The translations under genes and the position numbers were made by a program. Of a stretch of DNA of 55,616 nt, positions 19,453 through 28,776 are shown piece by piece. Every line of letters begins with the position of its first letter. Positions within the stretch are counted from its first letter, which is position 1. The notes below the pieces were generated by a model. That model was not told the DNA's origin. It saw only the letters and a program-made list of their open reading frames with translations, and did no database searches. The DNA comes from Thermoplasmata archaeon (GTDB lineage Archaea; Thermoplasmatota; Thermoplasmata; UBA10834): assembly GCA_021789945.1 (NCBI GenBank), contig JAJYIS010000003.1, positions 1 to 55,616 on the forward strand, read 5' to 3'.

Positions 19453-19994
19453 ACGTACTCGCCCTTCATCAGTTTGATGATCTTGTAAGGCAGGAGGTTC
19501 CTGTTGATGGGCGTGACCTCGAGTATCCGGACATCGTCCCTCCTGCGGATGTCCTGGAGGAGAGGGTTCCTGGACTTCTTGTGCAGGGTGAGGATGATCG
19601 GCTTGTCGACGTCCATCGCGTCCTTGACCGCCTTGACGAACTTCTCGGACTCGACCTCCATCTTGCCGACCTCGTCGATCACGATTACATCGGCGTTCTT
19701 GCTCGCGTCCAGGAGCGCCTCGACGCCGACCGTGTCCAGGCTCTCCAGGTTGACGCCGAACTTGCCGACGTAGAACTTCGACTCGGTCTCTATGTGCGCG
19801 AACACGGCCTTCCGCTTGGTCCTCCAATCCATGACGTAGAACCCGACGCGCTTCCCGTTCTCGACGATGGGCTCCGTGACCATCCCGCCGACGACGAGGC
19901 TCTCCTCTTCTAGCATCTCGATGACCTTGACGAGGGCCTGCGTCTTGCCCGCGCCCGGAAGTCCTGTGATGCCTACCTTTATCCCCCTCGTCAT
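19449..19994 (-). CDS. Nucleoside triphosphatase, THEP1 family
   Basis: ITGLPGAGKT, VGKFGV, IDEVGKME. Confidence 0.92.
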   Translation of the reverse strand: MTRGIKVGITGLPGAGKTQALVKVIEMLEEESLVVGGMVTEPIVENGKRVGFYVMDWRTKRKAVFAHIETESKFYVGKFGVNLESLDTVGVEALLDASKNADVIVIDEVGKMEVESEKFVKAVKDAMDVDKPIILTLHKKSRNPLLQDIRRRDDVRILEVTPINRNLLPYKIIKLMKGEYV

Positions 19995-20093
19995 AGTATC
20001 ACCGGGCCGCCAGACAAACGGCACCTGTATGGTTTTTCATATATATGATGCATCTCATATAATCCTCATCCGCGCGTCCCGTCCAGGTTCCTC

Positions 20094-20489
20094 TCATCGC
20101 GCCGGGACCTTCGATGTCTCCTCGATGAACATGAGAGGGTAGTTCATCTTCTCAATGTACCTCATCGACGCCTTCACCCTGGCGGTCCTGTACCTCACGG
20201 TCATCCGGACGTCGAGCATCTCGCCCGTCAGGGAGACGTAGTCGTACTGCCCGCGCTTCTTCCGCAGCATCGACCGGTCGATCTTGACAGTCACCTTCTC
20301 GACGAACGGCTGGACGCCGCAGCCCGCCTCGATGGCCTTCTCGAGGGTCCTGACATTGTCCGCGCTCAGGGGGACCCCGACGAACTGGTGGTAGATGGTG
20401 CCCATCTTCACTCCGGCCTCGAAGGCCGCGCGCTCGGCGTCGGAGCATCGGAAGTAGCTGTCAGCTGTGGTTTCCCTTGACCCTCTCAT
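20094..20489 (-). CDS. mptD: Dihydroneopterin aldolase, archaeal MptD type
   Basis: ERAAFEAGVKMGTIYHQFVG and C-terminal NYPLM motifs. Confidence 0.85.
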   Translation of the reverse strand: MRGSRETTADSYFRCSDAERAAFEAGVKMGTIYHQFVGVPLSADNVRTLEKAIEAGCGVQPFVEKVTVKIDRSMLRKKRGQYDYVSLTGEMLDVRMTVRYRTARVKASMRYIEKMNYPLMFIEETSKVPAR

Positions 20490-21228
20490 ACATCGGCCCC
20501 CCTAAAACGTAGACGATCGTGAATGCCAGTGCGATGGCCGTGGCGGTACGTGAGAACGCTCTATATAAGGGTTGGTCGCCGACCAAGGCCAGGCCAGCTA
20601 TGAACGGAAGCACGGCCATCAGCACGGCGAGCACGCTCGCGCCCGCCATCCAACCGTGGATCTTGGGATAGGATATCTCGGAGGCCATGAGGAAGCTCGC
20701 CGCGAACCCCACGCCCAGCACCATCCACATCGACTTCTCGACCGCGAAGTAGTACTTAGGGTCCTCGGCACCAGCGGTGGAGCCGAACAGCAGCGCGACA
20801 AGAACGATGAACAATGCCGCCACGGGCGCCGGCATGCCGACGAAGTAGTTCAGCTGGTATCCGCTCGCGCTGAACCTCGCGAGCCTGAAAAGGCCGGTCG
20901 CGAGAACGGCGACGGAGCACGCGAGCACGACCGCGCTCTCGAGCTGGGTGCTCCCGGAGTCGTGGAACTCGGCGTAGATGAGCAGCGCGGGCGCGAACGC
21001 GAACGATATCGAGTCGGAGATCGAGTCGAGGACCTGGCCCATCGAGTGCTTGCTGCCGAACTTGCGTGCGATGGTTCCGTCCAAGCCGTCCATCATCATC
21101 GAGAGGAACAGGAGGCCCGTCGCCGAGAGGAACTTGCGGTCGAGTATGTAGGTTATCGCGATGAACCCCAGCACGCCGTTCGCGAGCGTGAACAAGTCTC
21201 CCCAGGAGATCCTATTCCAGGCCGCCAT
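20461..21228 (-). CDS. pssA: CDP-alcohol phosphatidyltransferase (archaetidylserine synthase, PssA-like)
   Basis: DGLDGTIAR..G..LDSISD motif, RLARF, FVGMPAP; adjacent to psd. Confidence 0.88.
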   Translation of the reverse strand: MAAWNRISWGDLFTLANGVLGFIAITYILDRKFLSATGLLFLSMMMDGLDGTIARKFGSKHSMGQVLDSISDSISFAFAPALLIYAEFHDSGSTQLESAVVLACSVAVLATGLFRLARFSASGYQLNYFVGMPAPVAALFIVLVALLFGSTAGAEDPKYYFAVEKSMWMVLGVGFAASFLMASEISYPKIHGWMAGASVLAVLMAVLPFIAGLALVGDQPLYRAFSRTATAIALAFTIVYVLGGPMYERVKGNHS

Positions 21229-21820
21229 TCCGGTCCTCCGCGATCCTTGTGATCCCGCCCTTGAGCCTGTCGCCCTTCTTGACGAGGATCCTCAGGCTCT
21301 CAGGGGGCAGGTAGATGTCGACCCTGGAACCGAACCTTATTAGGCTCATCCTGTCCCCCTTCGCGAGCTTCTGACCGACATCGATGTAGGGGACGATTCT
21401 CCTGGCAATCGCGCCCGTCATCTCGACTATGGACACCTCCCCGTGCCGGGTCATCAGCGAGATCTCCAGCCGCTCATTGTGCTCCGTGCTCCTCGAGAAC
21501 GCCGGGGAGTGCTTCCCGTGGGCCCGCTCCTTCCTGGTGACGGTCCCGTCGGCCGGGGCGCGAGTGACATGGACGTTCCTCAGGGCCAGATAGGTCGACA
21601 CGAGCCCCTTCTGCTCGTCTATCTCGCGAACCCTCCCGTCCGCTGGGGCGACTATCCCATCGCCTATAGTCCGCCTGGGATCCCTGAACACGAAGACGAA
21701 GAACAGCGCGAGGCCCGTGAACCCCGCGGCCGCATACAGCGTGAACGGGAGTGCGACGAGCGCGCCAGCAGCGCTCATGCCAACGAACATCCGGCCTCCC
21801 TTTGCAATCATCCGCCGCAC
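21212..21820 (-). CDS. psd: Phosphatidylserine/archaetidylserine decarboxylase proenzyme
   Basis: FRDP.R, APADG, NVHVTRAP, pyruvoyl self-cleavage motif RFGSRVD. Confidence 0.9.
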   Translation of the reverse strand: MRRMIAKGGRMFVGMSAAGALVALPFTLYAAAGFTGLALFFVFVFRDPRRTIGDGIVAPADGRVREIDEQKGLVSTYLALRNVHVTRAPADGTVTRKERAHGKHSPAFSRSTEHNERLEISLMTRHGEVSIVEMTGAIARRIVPYIDVGQKLAKGDRMSLIRFGSRVDIYLPPESLRILVKKGDRLKGGITRIAEDRNGGLE

Positions 21821-21854
21821 CTTCGGCTCCCTTGGATCTGCCCGGATTCCGGGC

Positions 21855-22517
21855 TCATCTCAGCAGCAACTTCGCGTCGACCACCACTGCGCCCTTCTCC
21901 TTCACGAAAACAGGGTTGAGGTCCATCTCCGCGATCTTGTCCATGTACTTCTCTCCGAGCGCCGACACCTTCATCATTACGTTGATAATCGCGTCGCGGT
22001 CGACCTTGATCTTCCTGTAGCCCTCGAGTATGGGCGCGGCCTTGATCTCCCTCAGCATCTCCTCCGCGTCCTCCTTCTTGATGGGCACGACCCTGAAGGT
22101 CACGTCCTTGTAGATCTCCGTGTAGATGCCCCCCAGGCCGAACATGATGGTGAGCCCGAAGGTCGGGTCGTTTATCAGGCCCACGATGACCTCCGCCCTC
22201 CTGTCCTGGTGCGACTCCACCAGGATGGATTCGCTCGGGAACCTCTCCCTCAGCTTCGAGAACTCGTGCTCGAGCTGGTCCCTTGCGACGTCCAGGATGA
22301 CCCCACCGACATCCGTCTTGTGGAGGATGTTCGGAGAGCACACCTTCAGGACGACCGGAAACTTCAGCTTCTTCTGGTCGATGTCCTCGACCTTAGTTAC
22401 GACCTGGAAGTCGGTGGTGGGTATCCCCGCCTCGCGCATAAGCTCCTTGACCTCGTTCTCTGCGAGGGACTTCCTGCCTTCCTTCAGCACGGATTCGATT
22501 ATCATTGTCAAGGCCAC
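21855..22517 (-). CDS. ADP-forming acyl-CoA synthetase, beta (ATP-grasp) subunit
   Basis: PVVLKV.S..ILHKTDVGGV, DPTFG...MFGLGG, EMDLNPV, VVDA. Confidence 0.9.
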   Translation of the reverse strand: MALTMIIESVLKEGRKSLAENEVKELMREAGIPTTDFQVVTKVEDIDQKKLKFPVVLKVCSPNILHKTDVGGVILDVARDQLEHEFSKLRERFPSESILVESHQDRRAEVIVGLINDPTFGLTIMFGLGGIYTEIYKDVTFRVVPIKKEDAEEMLREIKAAPILEGYRKIKVDRDAIINVMMKVSALGEKYMDKIAEMDLNPVFVKEKGAVVVDAKLLLR

Positions 22518-22542
22518 CGACTGCCAAACGCCGTCGCCATCT

Positions 22543-23124
22543 TTAACCCTTGCTCCTCTTCTCTACGGCCTCGCTGGCCAGCTTCGCGCCCAGCTTCAGG
22601 GCCGACCGGTTGAGGTCGTGGGTCGGCTTCGGGACGGACTCGAGAAGCGCCCTCTCCAAGGACTCAAGGCTGACGATGTCCGATATCTCACGGAAGGCGC
22701 CCAGCATCACAACGTTCGCGACGATCCTCGTGCCCACGGTTTCCTCGGCTGCGGTCGTGGCTGAGATGTGGTACACGTCCCCCTTGGGCCTGTCGAAGAC
22801 TAGGTCGGGGTCGATGATGATCTTGGTGTCCGGCTTCCTCTCCTGGATGTACTTCGCGTAGGCCTGCTGGGACATTATCACGAGATAGTCCGGGACCTCG
22901 ACGAACGGATAGAGCATCTCGGCGTCCGATATCTTGACATCGCACTTCGAGTGGCCGCCCCTGGCCGATGGCCCGTACGACTGCGTCTGGATCGCGCTCT
23001 TCCGGACCTCCTTTCCGTCCCCGCCCACTCTGCGGTCGTAGAGCGCCGCCGCCCTGGCGAGCACTATGCCCATGAGGATGACCCCTTGGCCGCCGAATCC
23101 AGAGAACCTGACCTGGCTATCCAT
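22543..23124 (-). CDS. 2-oxoacid:ferredoxin oxidoreductase gamma subunit
   Basis: GFGGQG, TQSYGPSARGG, ANVVMLGA. Confidence 0.92.
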   Translation of the reverse strand: MDSQVRFSGFGGQGVILMGIVLARAAALYDRRVGGDGKEVRKSAIQTQSYGPSARGGHSKCDVKISDAEMLYPFVEVPDYLVIMSQQAYAKYIQERKPDTKIIIDPDLVFDRPKGDVYHISATTAAEETVGTRIVANVVMLGAFREISDIVSLESLERALLESVPKPTHDLNRSALKLGAKLASEAVEKRSKG

Positions 23125-23926
23125 GCTTAGACACCCCGATCAGCTCCTCATAGCATTCCCTGTTCCTGTCGACGAACTCGCCGACGGTGATCTTCCCCTC
23201 GAGGTTGAGGTCGACATGGTCCACCGCGTTCGCCTTCGCCTTGTCCCTCCGGATGGAGCTCTCCCTCATCCATTCGAGCATCTGGGTCGGGTCGGCCATC
23301 CTGTTCCTGCGGCCGAAGTTCGTCGGGCACTGGGCGACGACCTCGACGAACGTGAACCCCTTCTTCTGGAGCGCTGCCTTGATCGACTTGGTGAGCTCGT
23401 GCACGTGCCTTGTGGTCCATCGGGCCACGTAGTTCGCTCCTGCCGCGACGGCGATCTCAGCGAGGTCGAAGGGGTACTCCTTGTTCCCGCGGGGCGTGGT
23501 GGTCGAGAGGAACTCGTGAGGGGTGGTTATGGACGCCTGGCCGCCGGTCATGCCGTAGATGTTGTTGTTTATGCAGATGACCGTCATGTCGACGTTGCGC
23601 CTGCACCCGTTGATGAAGTGGTTGCCGCCAATGGCCCCGAGGTCCCCGTCACCCGTGAAGACGACCACCTTGAGCTCCGGCTTCGCGAGCTTCAGCCCGG
23701 TCGCGAACGCGATCGCCCTGCCATGGGTCGTGTGCAGCGCGTCGGAATTGATGTAGAGCGGTATCCTGGACGAGCATCCGATCCCGCCAACGAACGCCGT
23801 CTTATCGAGCTCAAGCCCGAGCTCGTTGAAAGCCCTGTAGAAGCAGTTCATGACGGCGCCGTTCCCGCACCCTGGACAGAACACATGGGGCCATCTGTCC
23901 TTCCTGTAGAAGTCGAAGATCTCCAT
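23117..23926 (-). CDS. korB: 2-oxoacid:ferredoxin oxidoreductase beta subunit (TPP-binding)
   Basis: FCPGCG, GIGC, HGRA, GDGD...NN..YGMTGGQ. Confidence 0.93.
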   Translation of the reverse strand: MEIFDFYRKDRWPHVFCPGCGNGAVMNCFYRAFNELGLELDKTAFVGGIGCSSRIPLYINSDALHTTHGRAIAFATGLKLAKPELKVVVFTGDGDLGAIGGNHFINGCRRNVDMTVICINNNIYGMTGGQASITTPHEFLSTTTPRGNKEYPFDLAEIAVAAGANYVARWTTRHVHELTKSIKAALQKKGFTFVEVVAQCPTNFGRRNRMADPTQMLEWMRESSIRRDKAKANAVDHVDLNLEGKITVGEFVDRNRECYEELIGVSKHG

Positions 23927-25056
23927 CAGATCACCCCCATCTCTCTCAGCTTGTGCCTGAACTCGCTCGGGGTCGGCGGGTCCCCGCCGATCTTTGAGAG
24001 CAGCTCGACCTTCTTGCAGCCGTTCTCCAGGGCGACCCTCTTGATCTCAGAGTACATCATGCCCAGGTTCATCTCGCTCACGAGTATACGGTCGCAGTTC
24101 CTCGCGACCTCGGCGATTGGCTCCTCGGGGAACGGCCAGAGGCTCTTGAGCCTGAGCAGCCCGACCTTGTCGTCGCTGGCCGCGACCTCCTTGGCCCCGA
24201 GCGCGGCCGAGCCGTACGACACTATCATCGTCTTGGACCCCGGGCACATGAGCTCCCACTTGTTGATGTCCTTCCGGTTCCTCAGGACCTTCTCCGACAG
24301 GCGTTTCACGAGTTCCTGGTGGACCTTGACGTCCTCCGGCTCGATCCAGGAATTGTCCGTATGGGTCATGCCTGTGACCATCGTCCTGTGGCCCTTTCCG
24401 AAGACAGGGAATGGTCGGACAAGCTCGTCGGGGACGTCGTACGCCTCGTCGGACCTCCGGATTCCCTTCTCCTTCCTGCCGATGATGTCCAGCTTGTCAG
24501 GGATGGTGAGCAGGCCCCTCATGTGGCCCACCTCCGCGTCCGAGAGCAGGAACGCCGGCACGCGGTACTTCTCGGAATAGTTGAACGCCGCGACAGTGAG
24601 GTCGAACATCTCCTGCACTGAGGCCGGCGCGAAAGCGATTACCTGGTAGTCCCCGTGGGAGCCGTACCTGGTCTGCATCACATCGCCCTGCGATGCGCGC
24701 GTGGGCTGTCCGGTGGATGGCCCGCCGCGCATCACGTCGACGATGACTATCGGGGTCTCGGACATCGCGGCGTACCCGATGGCCTCCTGCATCAGGGAGA
24801 ATCCTGGACCAGAGGTCGCGGTCATGGACTTCACGCCTCCCCACGAGGCCCCTATGACCGCGGATATGCAGGCGATTTCGTCCTCCATCTGGAGGAACAC
24901 GCCCTCCTTGCCGTCGAGTTTCGCCGCAAGCCCTTCGGCAATCTCGGTCGACGGTGTTATGGGGTATCCTGCGAAGAACCGCACGCCCGAGGCCAGTGCA
25001 CCCTGCACGCACGCCTCGTTCCCCTGAAGGAAGAACTCTCCCGGAGCGACCTTCAT
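23926..25056 (-). CDS. korA: 2-oxoacid:ferredoxin oxidoreductase alpha subunit
   Basis: GNEA, YPITPSTE, QMEDE, TSGPGFSLMQE, RGGPSTG; ATG start at 25056. Confidence 0.93.
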   Translation of the reverse strand: MKVAPGEFFLQGNEACVQGALASGVRFFAGYPITPSTEIAEGLAAKLDGKEGVFLQMEDEIACISAVIGASWGGVKSMTATSGPGFSLMQEAIGYAAMSETPIVIVDVMRGGPSTGQPTRASQGDVMQTRYGSHGDYQVIAFAPASVQEMFDLTVAAFNYSEKYRVPAFLLSDAEVGHMRGLLTIPDKLDIIGRKEKGIRRSDEAYDVPDELVRPFPVFGKGHRTMVTGMTHTDNSWIEPEDVKVHQELVKRLSEKVLRNRKDINKWELMCPGSKTMIVSYGSAALGAKEVAASDDKVGLLRLKSLWPFPEEPIAEVARNCDRILVSEMNLGMMYSEIKRVALENGCKKVELLSKIGGDPPTPSEFRHKLREMGVI

Positions 25057-25301
25057 TTCTTCTTCTCCTCCTCGGTCTCCTCGTGCCACGAGATCGCCTG
25101 GTCGGGACAGCTCAGTATGCAGAGCTCGCACAGCAGCTTGCCCTCGCGGTTGTGGTTGTAGCACTTCTCCGCCGCGCTGACGACTGCCGTGAAGTACCCG
25201 GTCTCGCCGATGCCGCTGCCCTTCGAATAGCACTTCTTGGGACAGATGTAGACGCAGATGTTGCACGCCTTGCAGAACTTCGGGTCGATGACCGGCTTCA
25301 T
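25053..25301 (-). CDS. 2[4Fe-4S] ferredoxin (oxidoreductase delta subunit)
   Basis: CKACNICVYICP and C-x10-CELCILSCP; first gene of the operon. Confidence 0.88.
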   Translation of the reverse strand: MKPVIDPKFCKACNICVYICPKKCYSKGSGIGETGYFTAVVSAAEKCYNHNREGKLLCELCILSCPDQAISWHEETEEEKKK

Positions 25302-25503
25302 CTACACACTTTCGATGCCATCGAGAGGTCGATATTTAAATCTATTTGAAGTAAAGAAATTCGTCTAGCGTCTCCTGGATTGTCCATTTCACGGACCGCT
25401 GTGTCGTCATTCGACACGCGGACGGCGAATCCTGCGGACACATTGCCAAGAGTTTAGTCGAAAGGATTAATACGGAATCGTCGTTAACTCGGCGCACGAG
25501 AAC

Positions 25504-26409
25504 TTGAACGCCCTCCAGGAGAAGATCCTCAAGCTGAAGTCTGAGAAGCACGCGATATTCCTCGTGCACAACTATCAGCGCAAGGAGATACAGGAGCTGG
25601 CCGACTTCCTGGGAGACTCCTACGGGTTGTCCGTGCAGGCCAGCAAGACCGACGCGAAGGTGATAGTCTTCTGCGGGGTCGATTTCATGGCGGAGTCGGC
25701 CAAGATACTCAACCCTGAGAAGACCGTGCTGCACCCGAACCCCAAGGCGAGATGCCCGATGGCCGCGATGGTCGACGTCAAGTCCCTCAAGGAGCTGAAG
25801 GCGGAGCATCCTGGCGCTCCCGTCGTGTCGTACGTGAACACTACCGCGGACGTCAAGGCGGAGAGCGACATCTGCTGCACGTCCGCGAACGCGGTCAAGA
25901 TAGTCCAGTCGCTGCCCGACAAGAAGATCATATTCGTCCCCGACACGAACCTGGGGCTATATGTCCAGAGGTTCGTGAAGGACAAGGAGATCGTGCTCTG
26001 GCCAGGGTTCTGCCCTACCCACGTGAACATCAAGGTGGAGGACCTCAAGGAGCTCAAGAGGAAGCATCCTGACGCCGAGGTCCTGGTGCACCCCGAGTGC
26101 ACGCCCGACGTGATCGATTTCGCCGACCACGCATATTCCACAGAAGGCATCATCAAGCATGTCGTGTCGTCCCCGAAGAAGGAGTTCATCATCGGGACGG
26201 AGTCCAACATGCTCCACAGGCTCAGGAAGGAGGCCCCTGGCAAGGAGTTCTACGCGGTCGAGCACGCGACCTGCCCGAACATGAGAGAGATCACGCTCGA
26301 GGACGTGTACAACTCACTTCTGAAGATGCAGTACAAGGTCGAGCTCTCGGCCGACATCATCAAGAGGGCCAGGCTGCCGCTCGAGCGGATGATCGCGGCC
26401 GGCCGGTGA
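25504..26409 (+). CDS. nadA: Quinolinate synthase
   Basis: HNYQ, GDS, FCGVDFMAE, CPMA, YVNT, CCTSAN, HPEC, CPNM. Confidence 0.95.
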   Translation: MNALQEKILKLKSEKHAIFLVHNYQRKEIQELADFLGDSYGLSVQASKTDAKVIVFCGVDFMAESAKILNPEKTVLHPNPKARCPMAAMVDVKSLKELKAEHPGAPVVSYVNTTADVKAESDICCTSANAVKIVQSLPDKKIIFVPDTNLGLYVQRFVKDKEIVLWPGFCPTHVNIKVEDLKELKRKHPDAEVLVHPECTPDVIDFADHAYSTEGIIKHVVSSPKKEFIIGTESNMLHRLRKEAPGKEFYAVEHATCPNMREITLEDVYNSLLKMQYKVELSADIIKRARLPLERMIAAGR

Positions 26410-26425
26410 TTCCGAGCGGCGTCCG

Positions 26426-27061
26426 TCATTTCAGGAGGTCCATCGCCGGGCCCACGAGGAAGTACGCTCCGAAGACCATCATGAGCGCTCCGCAGATCCC
26501 GAAGATCGCCTCGTGGACGAGCGGGGTCCAGAGATGCTTCGTCCTGAACACGACAACCGAGGTCAGCGTGTACCACCCGAGATCGCAGCTCCAGTGGACC
26601 AGTGCGAACACCACCACGATCATCGGGCCGAAGAACTGGGCGTTCAGGACGAGCACCGCGCCTATCGTGGCCCACCAGAGGAGGAAGTATGGGTTGCCCG
26701 CCGTCGTGAGCGCGCCCGCGGTCACCGGCCCGTACGAAATGAGGTCATGCTCGGGGTCCGCGGACATCTTCCTCGATCGTATCATGGACGCCCCCAGATA
26801 GAGCAGGAGCGTGCCCCCGACCAGTCCGATTCCAAGCTTCACGAAGCTGTTCTCGAAAACATAGTCGAGGCTGACGATTATCAGGGCCATGAGCGGAAAT
26901 TCGACCAGGCCGTGGCCGATGGCTATCTTGACCCCGGCTGTCTCGTCCTTGTACCCCTTGGCGACCGCGGCCGCGAAGACCGGGCCCGGGGTCATCACGC
27001 CCGACAGCGAGATGACGACCGTCGATGCGAAGAACACCCAGATGTCGGTGAACTCGACCAC
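26426..27061 (-). CDS. LysE family translocator
   Basis: SGVMTPGP, GHGLVE, NPYFLLWW; about 6 TM segments. Confidence 0.88.
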   Translation of the reverse strand: MVEFTDIWVFFASTVVISLSGVMTPGPVFAAAVAKGYKDETAGVKIAIGHGLVEFPLMALIIVSLDYVFENSFVKLGIGLVGGTLLLYLGASMIRSRKMSADPEHDLISYGPVTAGALTTAGNPYFLLWWATIGAVLVLNAQFFGPMIVVVFALVHWSCDLGWYTLTSVVVFRTKHLWTPLVHEAIFGICGALMMVFGAYFLVGPAMDLLK

Positions 27062-27224
27062 GGAAAGATAACCGGAGGGCGTCTATTTAACCAGTGCTCT
27101 TCGTCTCATTGGCAAGCGTATCAAATAGCCGTATTGAGATAACACGGAATCGTGATGACAAGAGGGTCAGCTGAGGTCCTCCGGGATCCGTGATGAGCCC
27201 TATGAGTGCTGAATCGGCCTCGGA

Positions 27225-27683
27225 TTGTCAGGGAGGGTGAACATGTCGCGCCCAGCGGCCTCTGGACTCCCTCCCCGCCCATTGGGCGTCATCCTGCTCG
27301 CGCTGCTGCAAATCTGGCACGGCCTATGGTACATCGTTCTCTCGCTCGTCTTCCTTGCCGTGTCCGCCGCGACCTCGACCTTGAGCGGCGCGATCAGCGC
27401 CCTCGCCACATTGATCGCGCTCGTGTTCTTCGTCCTCGGCATATACGCACTCTTGCTCGCGAGGGGATATGTAAAGGGCTATGAGCGGGCCAGGCGACGC
27501 GGGATCGGCGTCGCCCTCTTCGCGATTTTCCTGGTCGCGGTGGAGATCGTGATCACGAAGCTCCAGGTCTTCCTGCCCGACTCGCCCTTCTGGACGGTCG
27601 TGGGCAACATCATCATAATATGGTACCTGAGACGCGATGCGACCAGGCGATACTTCACGGCCAGGACCGCCGCGAGGAGATAG
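27225..27683 (+). CDS. Hypothetical four-TM membrane protein
   Basis: RPLGV.ILA N-terminus and YL....R.YF C-terminus; start may be ATG 27243. Confidence 0.7.
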   Translation: MSGRVNMSRPAASGLPPRPLGVILLALLQIWHGLWYIVLSLVFLAVSAATSTLSGAISALATLIALVFFVLGIYALLLARGYVKGYERARRRGIGVALFAIFLVAVEIVITKLQVFLPDSPFWTVVGNIIIIWYLRRDATRRYFTARTAARR

Positions 27684-27694
27684 GAAGGGCAGTG

Positions 27695-28210
27695 TCAGCT
27701 GTATATGCTGACGAGATAGTCGATGAACTTGCTCAGGGGCATCCCGTCGTTCCAGCGCATGATGAGGTTGCCCTCCTTGGATGGGCATATCTTCGGGAGC
27801 CTCTGGTATACCACCCTGAGCCTGCCGTTGATGGGCCCGACATCGAGGGTGAACACCCTCCACGCGTCGCCTCTCTGCCTCTTGTACCGGAAGGCGTAGA
27901 TCGGCATCAGTCCGACCCTCCTGCAGTCGTCCATCATCTCCTGGGCCTGGACCGCCAGCTTCTCGCTCCTGCTGAATCTCAGGACGTCGTTGACTGAGCT
28001 CTTGACCTCGATCGGCAGCGACAGGTCGGACCGGATCGCGACGAGGTCCACGCCGAGCGACCCAGCGCCCCTCACGACCATGAATGGCCTGTCGCGGATC
28101 CTGTAGTATCCCTCGCGCTCGTCGTCGTCGCAGGTCTTCGTCACGCGGGCGAGCATGTCCTCGTCGGCCTTGAGGATCCCCTTGAGCTCGCGCTCAAAAA
28201 TGCGTCCCAT
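27695..28210 (-). CDS. hjc: Holliday junction resolvase Hjc-like PD-(D/E)xK nuclease
   Basis: G..FERE, R.AGS.GVDLVA, IEVKS. Confidence 0.82.
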   Translation of the reverse strand: MGRIFERELKGILKADEDMLARVTKTCDDDEREGYYRIRDRPFMVVRGAGSLGVDLVAIRSDLSLPIEVKSSVNDVLRFSRSEKLAVQAQEMMDDCRRVGLMPIYAFRYKRQRGDAWRVFTLDVGPINGRLRVVYQRLPKICPSKEGNLIMRWNDGMPLSKFIDYLVSIYS

Positions 28211-28245
28211 CGCCTTCGGCCAGGATATTGACGGCAACCGTTAAA

Positions 28246-28776
28246 TCATTTTTCACTGCAGTCAGAGACTGCAAAAAGGCCTATGTCGTCCTTCAGCGCA
28301 GTCGAGGGGATCTGCCTGAAGAACCTGGCCTCGTCGACTCCCGTGGCCTTGTCTGGCTGGCATGAGCAGTCGTCCGTTTCCGCCGCGAACACGAAGTGAA
28401 GCCTCTTGATCGAGACGTTGGAGTAGTGCCAAACGACATCGTAGATCCCCGCGAGCTCGAGGCTCTTGATCGCCAAGCCGCACTGCTCTGACCCTATCCT
28501 CTTCACAGACTTCTGGATGTCCTCGTTCGGCCCTATCCTGTCGGAGGGGAAGACCCAGTCAGCCGACCCGCGCCTGCGCACGAGCGCTGTCCCGTCCTCG
28601 CCCCGGATGAGGACCAAAGCCTGACCTTTGCAGGGCGAGTAGTCCAGGTCGGCCCTCTTCTCGCCCATCTCGAAGGCGATGTTCCGCACCTCGAACCTGG
28701 GCGTGGTTATCGCCAGCTGGTCGATCTCGTCCGCCGTCGGCAGCTCGATCAGCATGTGCTTCGGAGGCTTCCTCAC
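28246..28776 (-). CDS. Nudix-fold protein with a degenerate Nudix box
   Basis: WVFPSDRIGPNE-x7-RIGSEQCGL, followed by Nudix-like strands; GTGA overlap with aspS. Confidence 0.65.
   Translation of the reverse strand: MRKPPKHMLIELPTADEIDQLAITTPRFEVRNIAFEMGEKRADLDYSPCKGQALVLIRGEDGTALVRRRGSADWVFPSDRIGPNEDIQKSVKRIGSEQCGLAIKSLELAGIYDVVWHYSNVSIKRLHFVFAAETDDCSCQPDKATGVDEARFFRQIPSTALKDDIGLFAVSDCSEK

Noticed and set aside
25396-25421. Hairpin GTGTCG-TCATT-CGACAC upstream of nadA
   Set aside because: Lies upstream of the likely TATA box; isolated, with no recognisable riboswitch features.
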